IMG/VR virus record: IMGVR_UViG_3300046804_000789
Span: 1 to 49,572 of that record
DNA: 49,572 nucleotides
Direction: 5' to 3' (one strand)
From: a virus
Lineage: Duplodnaviria > Caudoviricetes
Both the position numbers and the translations under genes were made by a program. Shown in pieces: positions 9,039 through 17,275 of this stretch. The notes beneath the pieces were generated by a model. It saw nothing but the letters and a program-made list of their open reading frames with translations, did no database searches and was not told the origin of the DNA. Within the stretch, counting starts at the first letter, position 1; each line of letters begins with the position of its first letter.

Positions 9039-9059
9039 TTACCTCATGAATTGAGGTGG
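9039..9059 (+). promoter_or_regulatory. RBS-sequestering hairpin of the GIY-YIG gene
   Basis: ACCTCA-TGAAT-TGAGGT pairs the GAGGT Shine-Dalgarno sequence just before ATG 9063. Confidence 0.55.
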
Positions 9060-9062
9060 TAA

Positions 9063-9653
9063 ATGCCATACAAGATTGACGTTTGTGGAATTTACAAAAT
9101 CGTTAATACAAAGAATAACCACTGCTATGTTGGTCAATCAATTAGAGCAAAAAAGAGAATAAAAGAACACTTTAGGCTTCTAAGGTTAAATAAGCACACC
9201 AACCAACATCTTCAGAACTCATATAATAAGTATGGCGCTGATAGTTTTTATGGAGAAGTGGAAATTGAATGCGAAAACCCTGAAGATTTGGATGAGCTTG
9301 AGAATGCGTTCTTGAGTGGCGTAGCTTGTTTTGAGCAAGCTTGTGTTTATAATATTGCTGACTTTGCAAAAGTGCCAATGAGAGGCAAAAAACACACTGA
9401 AGAAACTAGATTAAGAATAAGCGAGGGAAGAAGAGCCTCAACTTTTGATTTCAAAAGCCCTGAATACAAATCCACTTTATCAAAAGCTCAGTTGGCGCGC
9501 TATCACTCGGACCCAAAGTTTCTTGCAAGATTGAGCTTTGTTGTGAATAATCCTCATATGTCTTACGCTGAGCGTGCTAGGCACTTGAATGTCCAAACAA
9601 GCTCAGTGCGAAGGATGGCAATTAAATACTCCAATCTGAAAGGATTGATTTGA
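9063..9653 (+). CDS. free-standing GIY-YIG homing endonuclease with NUMOD3-like motif
   Basis: CGIYKI..CYVGQS..KRIKEH..NQHLQNSYNKYG..LENAF..YNI; GKKHTEETRLRIS; AT-richer than its neighbours. Confidence 0.92.
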   Translation: MPYKIDVCGIYKIVNTKNNHCYVGQSIRAKKRIKEHFRLLRLNKHTNQHLQNSYNKYGADSFYGEVEIECENPEDLDELENAFLSGVACFEQACVYNIADFAKVPMRGKKHTEETRLRISEGRRASTFDFKSPEYKSTLSKAQLARYHSDPKFLARLSFVVNNPHMSYAERARHLNVQTSSVRRMAIKYSNLKGLI

Positions 9654-10123
9654 TGTTTAGCACGTTCTCCGGTCCTATTCGTTCCGGCACCATCCGCGAA
9701 GGCGCGGCCCGCAACACGGGTCTTGTTGTTCTCGCTCAGTCCTACAACAGCGGTGATTTAACCGGGGATGTTGTTGGCAACATCGACGCTGCGGCGTTCA
9801 TCATCCCGCAAGGCTCTCAAATCATTGACATTGTTGTTGATCAGGTTGTTGCAGCTACCGCTGGCACCACCACGGTTTCTGTGGGGACGGCTTCGGGCGG
9901 CGCGCAGCTTATGGCGGCGGTTGCCACCACGGCTGGCGGGCGTTTCCGTGGTACTGCCACCGCCGCTACGCAGGCTGCTTGGCAAACCTCCACATCCGCT
10001 GACACCACGGTTTATGTGCGCGTTGCGGTTGGCACTGCCACCCTCACGGCTGGTCAGTTCTATGTGACGGTCTCCTACATTCAGCGGGCATCCAACGGCG
10101 CTCAGAATCCCACCAGCGCCTAA
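9650..10123 (+). CDS. virion structural protein
   Basis: STFSGPIRSG N-terminus; Ala/Thr/Gly-rich; IPQGSQIIDI; located in the head module. Confidence 0.7.
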   Translation: MMFSTFSGPIRSGTIREGAARNTGLVVLAQSYNSGDLTGDVVGNIDAAAFIIPQGSQIIDIVVDQVVAATAGTTTVSVGTASGGAQLMAAVATTAGGRFRGTATAATQAAWQTSTSADTTVYVRVAVGTATLTAGQFYVTVSYIQRASNGAQNPTSA

Positions 10124-10145
10124 TAGCTAAGGAGGGTTCTGCGTC

Positions 10146-10445
10146 ATGCAGACAGATATTCTTGCTAGTGGCGTTGTCACTAGCACTGGCGTTGTGAACG
10201 ATCAGGCGGGTAATGCCGTGGGTCGGACCCGCATCAAGGGTGTGTACATTATCCCTCAGTCTGGGGCAGGTAGTGTGGTGTTCCGTGATGGGTCTGCCTC
10301 TGGTGTTACCAAGATGACGGTCAATACCCTGGCTTCTCAGACGGCACCAACCTACATTCTTTTCCCTGGGGAAGGATTGCTGGTTCAGTCTGGTATCCAT
10401 TTGACCATCACCACGGTAGCTTCTGTGGTGGTGTTCTATGGCTAA
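10146..10445 (+). CDS. putative virion structural protein
   Basis: RTRIKGVY..YILFPGEGLL..VFYG pattern; AAGGAGG RBS. Confidence 0.7.
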   Translation: MQTDILASGVVTSTGVVNDQAGNAVGRTRIKGVYIIPQSGAGSVVFRDGSASGVTKMTVNTLASQTAPTYILFPGEGLLVQSGIHLTITTVASVVVFYG

Positions 10446-10692
10446 GACGCCTGCTTGGCAGCGCAAGGAGGGCAAGAACCCTGCTGGCGGCTTGAATGCC
10501 AAAGGCAGGGCTTCTTATAACCGGGCCAATCCAGGCAAGCCTGGGTTGAAGCCACCGCAACCAGAGGGCGGATCTCGGCGGGATAGCTTCTGTGCCAGGA
10601 TGAAAGGCATGAAGAAGAAGCTTACCTCAGCCAAGACCGCCAATGATCCAAACAGCAGGATTAACAAATCCCTGCGAGCGTGGCGATGCTGA
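10438..10692 (+). CDS. small basic protein (DUF6321-like)
   Basis: AWQRKEGKNPAGGLNAKGRAS..RRDSFCARM..DPNSRINKSLRAWRC. Confidence 0.75.
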   Translation: MAKTPAWQRKEGKNPAGGLNAKGRASYNRANPGKPGLKPPQPEGGSRRDSFCARMKGMKKKLTSAKTANDPNSRINKSLRAWRC

Positions 10693-11129
10693 AGGTGAAA
10701 AGAAATTGGGGCGGCCCAATTAGCAAGCGCCAGGATGACCAAGGGCGTTATAGATGCAGTGCGTGCAAAGAGTGGAAAAACCCAGAATCATTTAATAAAA
10801 ATAAACAACAGTCTAGTGGGTTGAACTATTCTTGCAAGCAATGCTCAAAGGCTGAAGCCCGTAAATACAATTTGCCTGCAAAATACGGCATCACCACTGC
10901 TCGCTTTGCTGAAATGCTATTGGCCCAAGGTGGTAAGTGCGCTTGTTGTGAAAAACAATTTAACATGGAAGGTAAGTCTTCAGATCGACCATGCGTTGAC
11001 CACAATCATTTATCCGGCGAGATTAGAGAACTCCTTTGCGGGCGTTGTAATCTTGCCGCTGGTAATGTTATGGACAGCTCAAGCATGGCCGAAAAACTTG
11101 CCTCCTACCTGAAGAAGTGGAAGTGCTGA
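10680..11129 (+). CDS. endonuclease VII-family homing endonuclease
   Basis: KYGIT..F..MLLAQGGKCACC..CVDHNH..G.IRELLCGRCN; N-terminal CxxC zinc motifs. Confidence 0.9.
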   Translation: MAMLKVKRNWGGPISKRQDDQGRYRCSACKEWKNPESFNKNKQQSSGLNYSCKQCSKAEARKYNLPAKYGITTARFAEMLLAQGGKCACCEKQFNMEGKSSDRPCVDHNHLSGEIRELLCGRCNLAAGNVMDSSSMAEKLASYLKKWKC

Positions 11130-11130
11130 C

Positions 11131-11328
11131 ATGACTGACACTCATGAAGCGGCAAAGAATGTGGTGGATGCCCTTTCAATAGGGACTGTGGTGGCTACAT
11201 TGGCTGGCATTCTACCTAGCATTGCTGCGATCTTCACGATTGTTTGGACCGTTATACGCATCTATGAGACCGATACGGTTCAGAAGCTTCTGGGGAAAAA
11301 GCCTCTTCCAGATGCCAGTGCAGACTGA
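11131..11328 (+). CDS. putative holin
   Basis: 65 aa with hydrophobic core (IGTVVATLAGILPSIAAIFTIVWTVIRIYET) upstream of the endolysin. Confidence 0.6.
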   Translation: MTDTHEAAKNVVDALSIGTVVATLAGILPSIAAIFTIVWTVIRIYETDTVQKLLGKKPLPDASAD

Positions 11329-11346
11329 TTTGGTTGGGCAAAGCTC

Positions 11347-11811
11347 ATGGAACTGCCCAAAATCACTCCGGTAATCCAGTTTGCCACCGCAGCCTTTGCG
11401 TTGGCAGTTGGCGGCTATAGCGCGGGTGAGAAGTTTGGGTGGTTCAAGAATGAGATCTTGGTTTGGTCTCCTGAGCATTTTAGGATTGAGCCAGCTAAGA
11501 TTGGTCATCCTGTTACCGTAACAGTAGCTCGGATTAAGAAGCGGGATGACTGTTCGGTTGAGAATTTTGAGGTGACAGTGCGTGATGGCGCTGGTGTTAT
11601 TCATCAGGCGACACCAAGCATGACGCGCTTCACGGGGCCTGCTGGCCCTGACATTGATACCTTCACTTATCTACTAACCATTTCAGACAAAGAAGCCACC
11701 GCTCCCGGAAAGGCAACTTTGTTGGCGACCATCAAGTATAAATGTCCAGAAGGTGAACGCACGGTAACGTATCCTCGGCACCAAAATCTGACATTCATGT
11801 TGGAGAGATAG
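11347..11811 (+). CDS. membrane-anchored hypothetical protein of the lysis module
   Basis: N-terminal hydrophobic segment followed by a beta-rich domain with two Cys. Confidence 0.65.
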   Translation: MELPKITPVIQFATAAFALAVGGYSAGEKFGWFKNEILVWSPEHFRIEPAKIGHPVTVTVARIKKRDDCSVENFEVTVRDGAGVIHQATPSMTRFTGPAGPDIDTFTYLLTISDKEATAPGKATLLATIKYKCPEGERTVTYPRHQNLTFMLER

Positions 11812-11812
11812 T

Positions 11813-12331
11813 GTGGAAGCAATTCTAAATCTTGTCCGTACTGTTGCTCCATCCATTGCGAGTGCTGTTGGTGGTCCTCTTGCGGGTATGGCTACTCGTG
11901 CCATTTCGGAAGCTTTGCTTGGCAAGCCGGATGGGACTGAGCAAGAGCTTGAGAATGCTGTTGCTTCTGCCACCCCAGAGCAGTTGTTAGCCCTGAAGAA
12001 GGCTGAACAAGAATTTGCCGTGAAGATGCGCGAGTTGGACATTGATCTTGAGCGTATCTCAAATGCTGACCGTGACAGCGCACGGAACCGGGAAGTGTCT
12101 CTGAGGGATTGGACCCCTAGAGTTTTGGCTGGTCTGATTACCGTTGGGTACTTTGGAGTTCTGTTCTGGATGCTTCGCTTTGGCTTGCCAAACACCGGAA
12201 GCTCAGAGGCGCTTCTGGTTATGCTTGGGGCTTTGGGTACGGCTTGGGGTGGGGTTGTAGCCTATTACTTTGGTTCTTCTGCTGGGTCTAAAGAAAAGAC
12301 CGAGGCTATGAACCGGATGGTGCGGAAATGA
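11813..12331 (+). CDS. holin-like membrane protein
   Basis: VAPSIASAVGGPLAG N-terminus, DRDSAR motif, two C-terminal TM segments, YYFGSSAGS. Confidence 0.75.
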   Translation: MEAILNLVRTVAPSIASAVGGPLAGMATRAISEALLGKPDGTEQELENAVASATPEQLLALKKAEQEFAVKMRELDIDLERISNADRDSARNREVSLRDWTPRVLAGLITVGYFGVLFWMLRFGLPNTGSSEALLVMLGALGTAWGGVVAYYFGSSAGSKEKTEAMNRMVRK

Positions 12332-12843
12332 AAAGCAACTTTGAGCCATGCCTAGAGTTTGTCCTGCACCACGAGGGATTGTGGTCCGATGATCCGCGAG
12401 ATCCGGGCGGCGCCACTATGAAAGGCGTGACCCTGGCGGTTTATAAGGAGTATCTTGGCCGGGATGTTAGCAAGGATGAACTGCGGAACATCCCGCAAGA
12501 GCATCTGCTGAACCTCTACAAGACTCGGTATTGGGACAAGGCTCGGTGTGATGACCTGGGTGCCGGGCTTGATCTGGTGGTGTTTGACCTTGCCGTGAAT
12601 GGCGGTGTGGGTCGCGCGGCCAAGATCCTTCAGCGTTGCGTTGGGGCAGTAGAAGACGGAGCTATTGGCCCGAAGACCATGGCTTTGGTTACGCAAGTAC
12701 CAGTGAAGCAGATGATAATTCGCTTCTCTGAACAGCGCCGTTTGTTCTATAAAGGACTGAAAGCCTTTGAGACATTTGGGCGTGGCTGGCTTCGTCGCAC
12801 TGATGAATGTGAATCCAAAGCCTTTGAAATGACAGGAGATTGA
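12328..12843 (+). CDS. glycoside hydrolase family 108 endolysin
   Basis: [61 protein letters not shown]. Confidence 0.93.
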   Translation: MKSNFEPCLEFVLHHEGLWSDDPRDPGGATMKGVTLAVYKEYLGRDVSKDELRNIPQEHLLNLYKTRYWDKARCDDLGAGLDLVVFDLAVNGGVGRAAKILQRCVGAVEDGAIGPKTMALVTQVPVKQMIIRFSEQRRLFYKGLKAFETFGRGWLRRTDECESKAFEMTGD

Positions 12844-12845
12844 TC

Positions 12846-13466
12846 ATGAAGTCTAACTCTGGACGTTCTGGCGTCAAAAAAATGTTCAACGGCGGCGCAA
12901 GCCGCACAATGCCTGCCCCTATTGGCAGCGGTAATCGCACGATGCCTGCTCCGGCTGGTGGTGGTAATCGGACAATGCCAGCCCCTGCTGGTGGCTCTCG
13001 CCCTATGCCAGCTTCTGCTGGAGGTTCTCGCCCCATGCCTGCTGCTAAAGGTTTGGGTTCTAGCACAATGCCTGCCCCTGCTGGCGGTGCTAATCGGACA
13101 ATGCCAGCCCCAGGCGGTATTAGCACAATGGCTAAAGGCGGAAATGTTAAAATGCCAAAGATGACTCCTGATATGGGTGGCATGGCTATGCCCAAGTTTG
13201 GTTCTCGCGCCATGCGTCCGGGCGGGATGGCTAAGGGCGGAAAGGTTCCCATGGAGAAGTGGGAGCATTCTGCCGCTGATCTTGCTCAGGATAAGAAGCT
13301 GGCCAAGAAGCATGGCATGAGCATGGAAGCGTGGGAGAAGTCTTCTGCTGACAAGAAGCATGACACTCAGCAATCCATGAAGGGCCTGAAGAAGGGCGGT
13401 ATGGCAAAGATGGCTCGCGGTGGCGGCGTTGAGACCAAGGGCAAGACCAAAGGGAAATTTATCTAA
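12846..13466 (+). CDS. Met/Gly/Lys-rich repeat protein with C-terminal GKTKG tag
   Basis: Seven (R/S)(T/P)MPA repeats, MAKGG x2, ends [16 protein letters not shown]; AGGAGA RBS. Confidence 0.8.
   Translation: MKSNSGRSGVKKMFNGGASRTMPAPIGSGNRTMPAPAGGGNRTMPAPAGGSRPMPASAGGSRPMPAAKGLGSSTMPAPAGGANRTMPAPGGISTMAKGGNVKMPKMTPDMGGMAMPKFGSRAMRPGGMAKGGKVPMEKWEHSAADLAQDKKLAKKHGMSMEAWEKSSADKKHDTQQSMKGLKKGGMAKMARGGGVETKGKTKGKFI
12900..13115 (+). repeat. in-frame imperfect tandem repeat, about 30-33 bp units encoding RTMPAPAGG
   Basis: Seven units visible in both DNA and protein. Confidence 0.85.
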
Positions 13467-13504
13467 CCCCATGATGTTTAATCAAACAGGCTGGAGAAAC
13501 TGAT

Positions 13505-13816
13505 ATGCAGAATATGGAAAATCCTCCGCCCGGTGGATTTGGAGGTCAGGATTTTTCCTACAGCAAGGGAAGCCAGCCTGGAGTTCAGCCTCAAGGCTCG
13601 TTGAATGTTTCTACTGTGACCGATCCTTTGAGTGGTCGCATTGGAGATTTGACGGGAACCCAAGAGATGACTCGTCAGCAGCAGACCTCGAACCAGAATA
13701 TGAGGCGTGGGGGTGCTGTTAAAAAGATGGCTCAGGGTGGCTTGGTAAAGTCCTCCGCTTCTCGTCGCGGTGATGGGTGTGCGACAAAGGGCAAAACCAA
13801 AGGAAGGTTTGTGTAA
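13505..13816 (+). CDS. hypothetical protein with C-terminal GKTKG tag
   Basis: Ends MRRGGAVKKMAQGGLVKSSASRRGDGCATKGKTKGRFV; GGAGA RBS. Confidence 0.8.
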   Translation: MQNMENPPPGGFGGQDFSYSKGSQPGVQPQGSLNVSTVTDPLSGRIGDLTGTQEMTRQQQTSNQNMRRGGAVKKMAQGGLVKSSASRRGDGCATKGKTKGRFV

Positions 13817-14913
13817 TGGCCGATGACATCATGCCGGAGGAGGCGGCAAGGCGCCGGGCTTTAGGTGAAGCCATCCGGCGCAATTTGCTTCGCGCTCCAG
13901 AGCTTAATGCGGCCCGCCAAGGGGCCGCTATGCTTCGTGGTGCTGCTCAAGCCAATCTGCCTGGGGCTGCTGCTGCTGGCGCTTATTTGGGCCGCAGGGA
14001 GGCTCGTAGCTCCGCTCTGGCACCCTTTGAAGAAGAGGGTCGTATTGCGCTTGAGGAAGCCCGTGCAGCCCGCGCCATTAACCGCGCAGCCCGTGGCAGG
14101 GCCATGCCGGGGGTTGGTGAAGGTGGCACCCTTCAAGATCTTCGTATGGCTCCCCCAGATGAGATGGCTGCTGCTACATCTCGCTTGCGTGGCACCCGGA
14201 CACGGAACCAAGACGCTGAAGGCACTGAAGAAGCTGCGGCTGGAAATAGGCTTTCTGGTCCCAGAATGCGTATGGAAAGCCCAGAAGGAACGGATGAAGC
14301 GGCTGCAATAAACCGTTTGCTTCGGTCTCGCATTCGTTCTCAAGACGCTGAAGGCACTGATGAAGCTGCTGATGCTTCTTACCCAATTCGTGGCGCTGGC
14401 ATTGGTGAAGGTGGCACGGCTCAGGGTCGCAGGTCTTCTGTACCTAATCAGCTTCCTGATATGGCTCCTCCGCCCTATGCGGAAACTACAAATGAGATGC
14501 GAGATCTTTTGAGCCGCCGTGCGGCGGAGCGTGAGGCTGCTCGCAATCGTCCCAATACCAGGGGTCGCCCTCGTGAAGCCGCACCTGCTGAGCGTGATAC
14601 GCTCGAGCAAGTTGCCCTTGGCGCTGTGCTGAGTGACATGATGAAGGGCGGGGACGTTCAACCTTCTGAAGATCAGTCATCTCTTGAGCGCGCTCTTGGC
14701 CGTATTGGGTTGCGCCGCACCAATGAAACCGGAGAAGGTCGCCCAAGCACGGGCAATTTCCGTGAAGACCTCCGTCTGCTTGGCAAGTCTCTTGGCCTTA
14801 AGAAGGGCGGTAAGGTGAAGAAAATGGCAAGTGGTGGGGTGGTGAAGTCCTCTGCTTCTCGCCGTGGTGATGGCATTGCCGCTCGTGGCAAAACGAAAGG
14901 TCGCATGGTATGA
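13816..14913 (+). CDS. low-complexity Ala/Arg/Glu-rich protein with C-terminal GKTKG tag
   Basis: TAATG coupling gives start at 13816; internal EGT(D/E)EAA x3; ends MASGGVVKSSASRRGDGIAARGKTKGRMV. Confidence 0.8.
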   Translation: MADDIMPEEAARRRALGEAIRRNLLRAPELNAARQGAAMLRGAAQANLPGAAAAGAYLGRREARSSALAPFEEEGRIALEEARAARAINRAARGRAMPGVGEGGTLQDLRMAPPDEMAAATSRLRGTRTRNQDAEGTEEAAAGNRLSGPRMRMESPEGTDEAAAINRLLRSRIRSQDAEGTDEAADASYPIRGAGIGEGGTAQGRRSSVPNQLPDMAPPPYAETTNEMRDLLSRRAAEREAARNRPNTRGRPREAAPAERDTLEQVALGAVLSDMMKGGDVQPSEDQSSLERALGRIGLRRTNETGEGRPSTGNFREDLRLLGKSLGLKKGGKVKKMASGGVVKSSASRRGDGIAARGKTKGRMV

Positions 14914-15260
14914 AAAAGAAATATGCCGATGGGGGCCGCACTCGTTCTGCCCCAAGCTATGAAGAAGACATGACGCCCCCTCCGGGGATGCGTAACTTCC
15001 GCCCCCGCACCCTGCCGGGCGGTGAGGAGCCTGCTGTGCGCCGCCGTGAGCCAGTTGAGATTCCGTCCTATGAAGAGGACATCACGCCTCCTCGTGGTAT
15101 GATGCGGCCATCCCGTGAGCCTATGCCCCTTCCGCCCATTCCCCCGCCTATGCCTCCCCGGCGCATGGCTAAGGGTGGCGCCGTGAAGATGGCTGGCGGC
15201 GGCTGCACCCGTGGTGACGGGATTGCTTCTCGCGGCAAGACCAAGGGCCGGATGATTTGA
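14910..15260 (+). CDS. Pro-rich protein with C-terminal GKTKG tag
   Basis: ATGA overlap; PSYEED(M/I)TPP x2; ends MAKGGAVKMAGGGCTRGDGIASRGKTKGRMI. Confidence 0.8.
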   Translation: MKKKYADGGRTRSAPSYEEDMTPPPGMRNFRPRTLPGGEEPAVRRREPVEIPSYEEDITPPRGMMRPSREPMPLPPIPPPMPPRRMAKGGAVKMAGGGCTRGDGIASRGKTKGRMI

Positions 15261-15565
15261 AGAAGCCGGAGAAAATTCGGAAGGTTCTGCGGGAGTTTAA
15301 GGAAGGCGACCTTAAATCATCCAGTGGGCAGAAGGTGACAAACCGGAAGCAAGCTGTGGCGATTGCGCTTTCTGAAGCCTCCCGCATGAGAGAGGGCGGG
15401 CGGGTAAAGCCGCAGAACCCAAAGCTATGGGCTGCGGCAAAGAGTGCCGCCAAGGCCAAGTTCGATGTGTACCCCTCTGCCTATGCGAATGCCTGGGCAT
15501 CAAAGGAGTACAAGAAGAAGGGTGGCACTTGGCGTGGACCTGATAACAGGGTCACAAAGAAATGA
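15257..15565 (+). CDS. basic protein (DUF6496-like N-terminal module joined to a second basic module)
   Basis: KIRKVLREFKEGDLKSSSGQKVTNRKQAVAIALSEA, then MREGG, then FDVYPSAYANAW..YKKKGG. Confidence 0.75.
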   Translation: MKKPEKIRKVLREFKEGDLKSSSGQKVTNRKQAVAIALSEASRMREGGRVKPQNPKLWAAAKSAAKAKFDVYPSAYANAWASKEYKKKGGTWRGPDNRVTKK

Positions 15566-15789
15566 AGGGCGGTCTTGGTAAGTGGTTTGGCGAGAAGTGG
15601 GTTGATGTAAAAACCGGGAAGCCCTGCGGGCGTAGCGGTTCTGAGAAGTCAAAGCGCGGGTATCCTGCCTGTCGTCCTGCTGCCGCTGCTGCCAAGATGT
15701 CATCGAGCCAGAAGGCGACCATGGCTCAAAAGAAAACTGGACCAGCCCGCAAGAGTTGGCCCATAACTCCCAGCGGAAGGAAGAAGTGA
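15562..15789 (+). CDS. small basic protein (DUF5872-like)
   Basis: LGKWFGEKWVDVKTGKPCGRS..RGYPACRP. Confidence 0.7.
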   Translation: MKGGLGKWFGEKWVDVKTGKPCGRSGSEKSKRGYPACRPAAAAAKMSSSQKATMAQKKTGPARKSWPITPSGRKK

Positions 15790-15968
15790 TGGCCGAGAAG
15801 TGGATTCAGAAAGCCATTAAGAAGCCGGGTGCATTGCGTAAATCCCTGGGCGTGAAGGCTGGGCAGAAGATCCCGGCCAAGACCCTGGCATCTGCTGCCA
15901 AGAAGCCTGGAACAATGGGTAAGCGCGCTCGCCTTGCTCAAACCCTATCAAAGCTTGGGCGTCCGTAA
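15789..15968 (+). CDS. small basic protein
   Basis: MAEKWIQKAIKKPGALRKSLGV..GKRARLAQTL; TGATG and TAATG couplings. Confidence 0.75.
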   Translation: MAEKWIQKAIKKPGALRKSLGVKAGQKIPAKTLASAAKKPGTMGKRARLAQTLSKLGRP

Positions 15969-16642
15969 TGACAACCTCTGGCACCGCAGTCTGGAATCTC
16001 GACATCGCTGACCTCATTGAGGAGGCGTATGAACGCGCGGGCCTTGAGGCCCGGACGGGTTATGATTTCCGCACGGCTCGTCGGTCCCTGAACATGATCT
16101 CTGCTGAGTGGTCCAATAGGGGTCTCAACCTCTGGACCGTTCAGGAGAACACCCTGGTCCTGACACCTGGGGTTAAGACGTATTCATTGCCTGCTGATAC
16201 CATTGATATTATCGAGACCATGATCCGGGTAAACACCAGTGGGTCTGCTCTTGATTACACGGTGTCTCGTATTGGCGTGGGGGATTATGCCACCCTGCCA
16301 AACAAGAACACCACGGGTCGCCCCCTTCAGATCTATGTGAATCGTCAGGTTGATCCTGAGTACACCCTCTGGCCTGTGCCGGATCTTCCTTACACGATCC
16401 TATACTGGACGATGAGACGCATTCAGGACGCCACATCTGCCACCGATGTCATGGATATGCCTGTCCGGTTTGTCCCGGCACTGTCGGCTGCGTTGGCGTA
16501 TCAGATTGCCCTGAAGCGACCAGAAGCCACAGGAAGGTTGCAGATCCTCAAGGCTGATTATGAGGAGCAGTGGAAGCTTGCCTCAGATGAAGACCGTGGG
16601 CGTGAACCAGCTAGGTTTGTGCCTTGGTCTTCTTACCCGTGA
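15968..16642 (+). CDS. head-tail adaptor / tail tubular protein A-like
   Basis: LIEEAYERAG..ARRSLN...EWSNRGLNLW..LWPVPD..LAYQIA pattern. Confidence 0.75.
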   Translation: MTTSGTAVWNLDIADLIEEAYERAGLEARTGYDFRTARRSLNMISAEWSNRGLNLWTVQENTLVLTPGVKTYSLPADTIDIIETMIRVNTSGSALDYTVSRIGVGDYATLPNKNTTGRPLQIYVNRQVDPEYTLWPVPDLPYTILYWTMRRIQDATSATDVMDMPVRFVPALSAALAYQIALKRPEATGRLQILKADYEEQWKLASDEDRGREPARFVPWSSYP

Positions 16643-16653
16643 GGTAGCGGTTT

Positions 16654-16968
16654 ATGGCGGTCAAGTTTGCCCGTGGTAATAAGGCATTCGCCTTCTGTGA
16701 CCGCTGCTATCAGCGGTATGACCTGAAGGATCTGACTTGGCAAGTTGTGAACCAGAAGCCAACGGGGCTGAAGGTTTGCAATGAATGCAATGACGTTGAC
16801 CATCCTCAGTATCAGTTGGGCAAGTTCCCAATCAATGATCCTGTAGCTCTTCAAGACCCACGGCCCGACATCAATCCGGGCAGGAGCCTTCCTGGCTGGA
16901 ATCCTGTGGGCAATTCAGCCACCACCTCAAACGGCAATGTTGGCATTGTCAGCATTTACATCTCATAA
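16654..16968 (+). CDS. small zinc-ribbon hypothetical protein
   Basis: CDRC...VCNEC, DHPQ..LG, DPVALQDPRPD. Confidence 0.75.
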   Translation: MAVKFARGNKAFAFCDRCYQRYDLKDLTWQVVNQKPTGLKVCNECNDVDHPQYQLGKFPINDPVALQDPRPDINPGRSLPGWNPVGNSATTSNGNVGIVSIYIS

Positions 16969-16979
16969 GGACGAAGCAA

Positions 16980-17261
16980 ATGGCTGGAGTGACAAGCGAA
17001 AACATGAAGAAGTACGGGCGGAATATCGCTCGTGCCATGAACCAGAGTGGCCGGGCCAAAGGCCCCAGCACTGGCAACCCGTTCAAGTCGGTTTCGGCTG
17101 ACCAGGGTTCCAACACTGGCGCGGTTGGCAAGGTTGTCAAGAACGCCAAGGCCCCGGATCAGGCCATTGTGGATGAGGGTGTTGCCCCCTACAAGCCCAC
17201 GAAAATTCGCGGGACAGGCGCGGCCACAAAGGGTACAATGGCCCGTGGCCCAATGGGCTGA
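16980..17261 (+). CDS. small basic protein with a variant C-terminal tag
   Basis: Ends KIRGTGAATKGTMARGPMG. Confidence 0.7.
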   Translation: MAGVTSENMKKYGRNIARAMNQSGRAKGPSTGNPFKSVSADQGSNTGAVGKVVKNAKAPDQAIVDEGVAPYKPTKIRGTGAATKGTMARGPMG

Positions 17262-17275
17262 GGAACTGACAGGCA

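Noticed and set aside
9007-9660. Group I intron around the GIY-YIG gene
   Set aside because: The capsid gene ends normally with a terminator, and there is no room for an intron core on either side
12900-13115. Tandem ~30-bp repeats as a CRISPR or mini-array
   Set aside because: Units are in-frame, degenerate at synonymous sites and lack unique spacers; no cas operon is present, and the Cas4-like nuclease sits in a recombination module
12846-15260. GG motifs as double-glycine bacteriocin/RiPP leaders or ubiquitin-like termini
   Set aside because: The motifs are internal or near the C-terminus, not N-terminal leaders or terminal GG; no C39 transporter, modifying enzyme or E1/E2 is present
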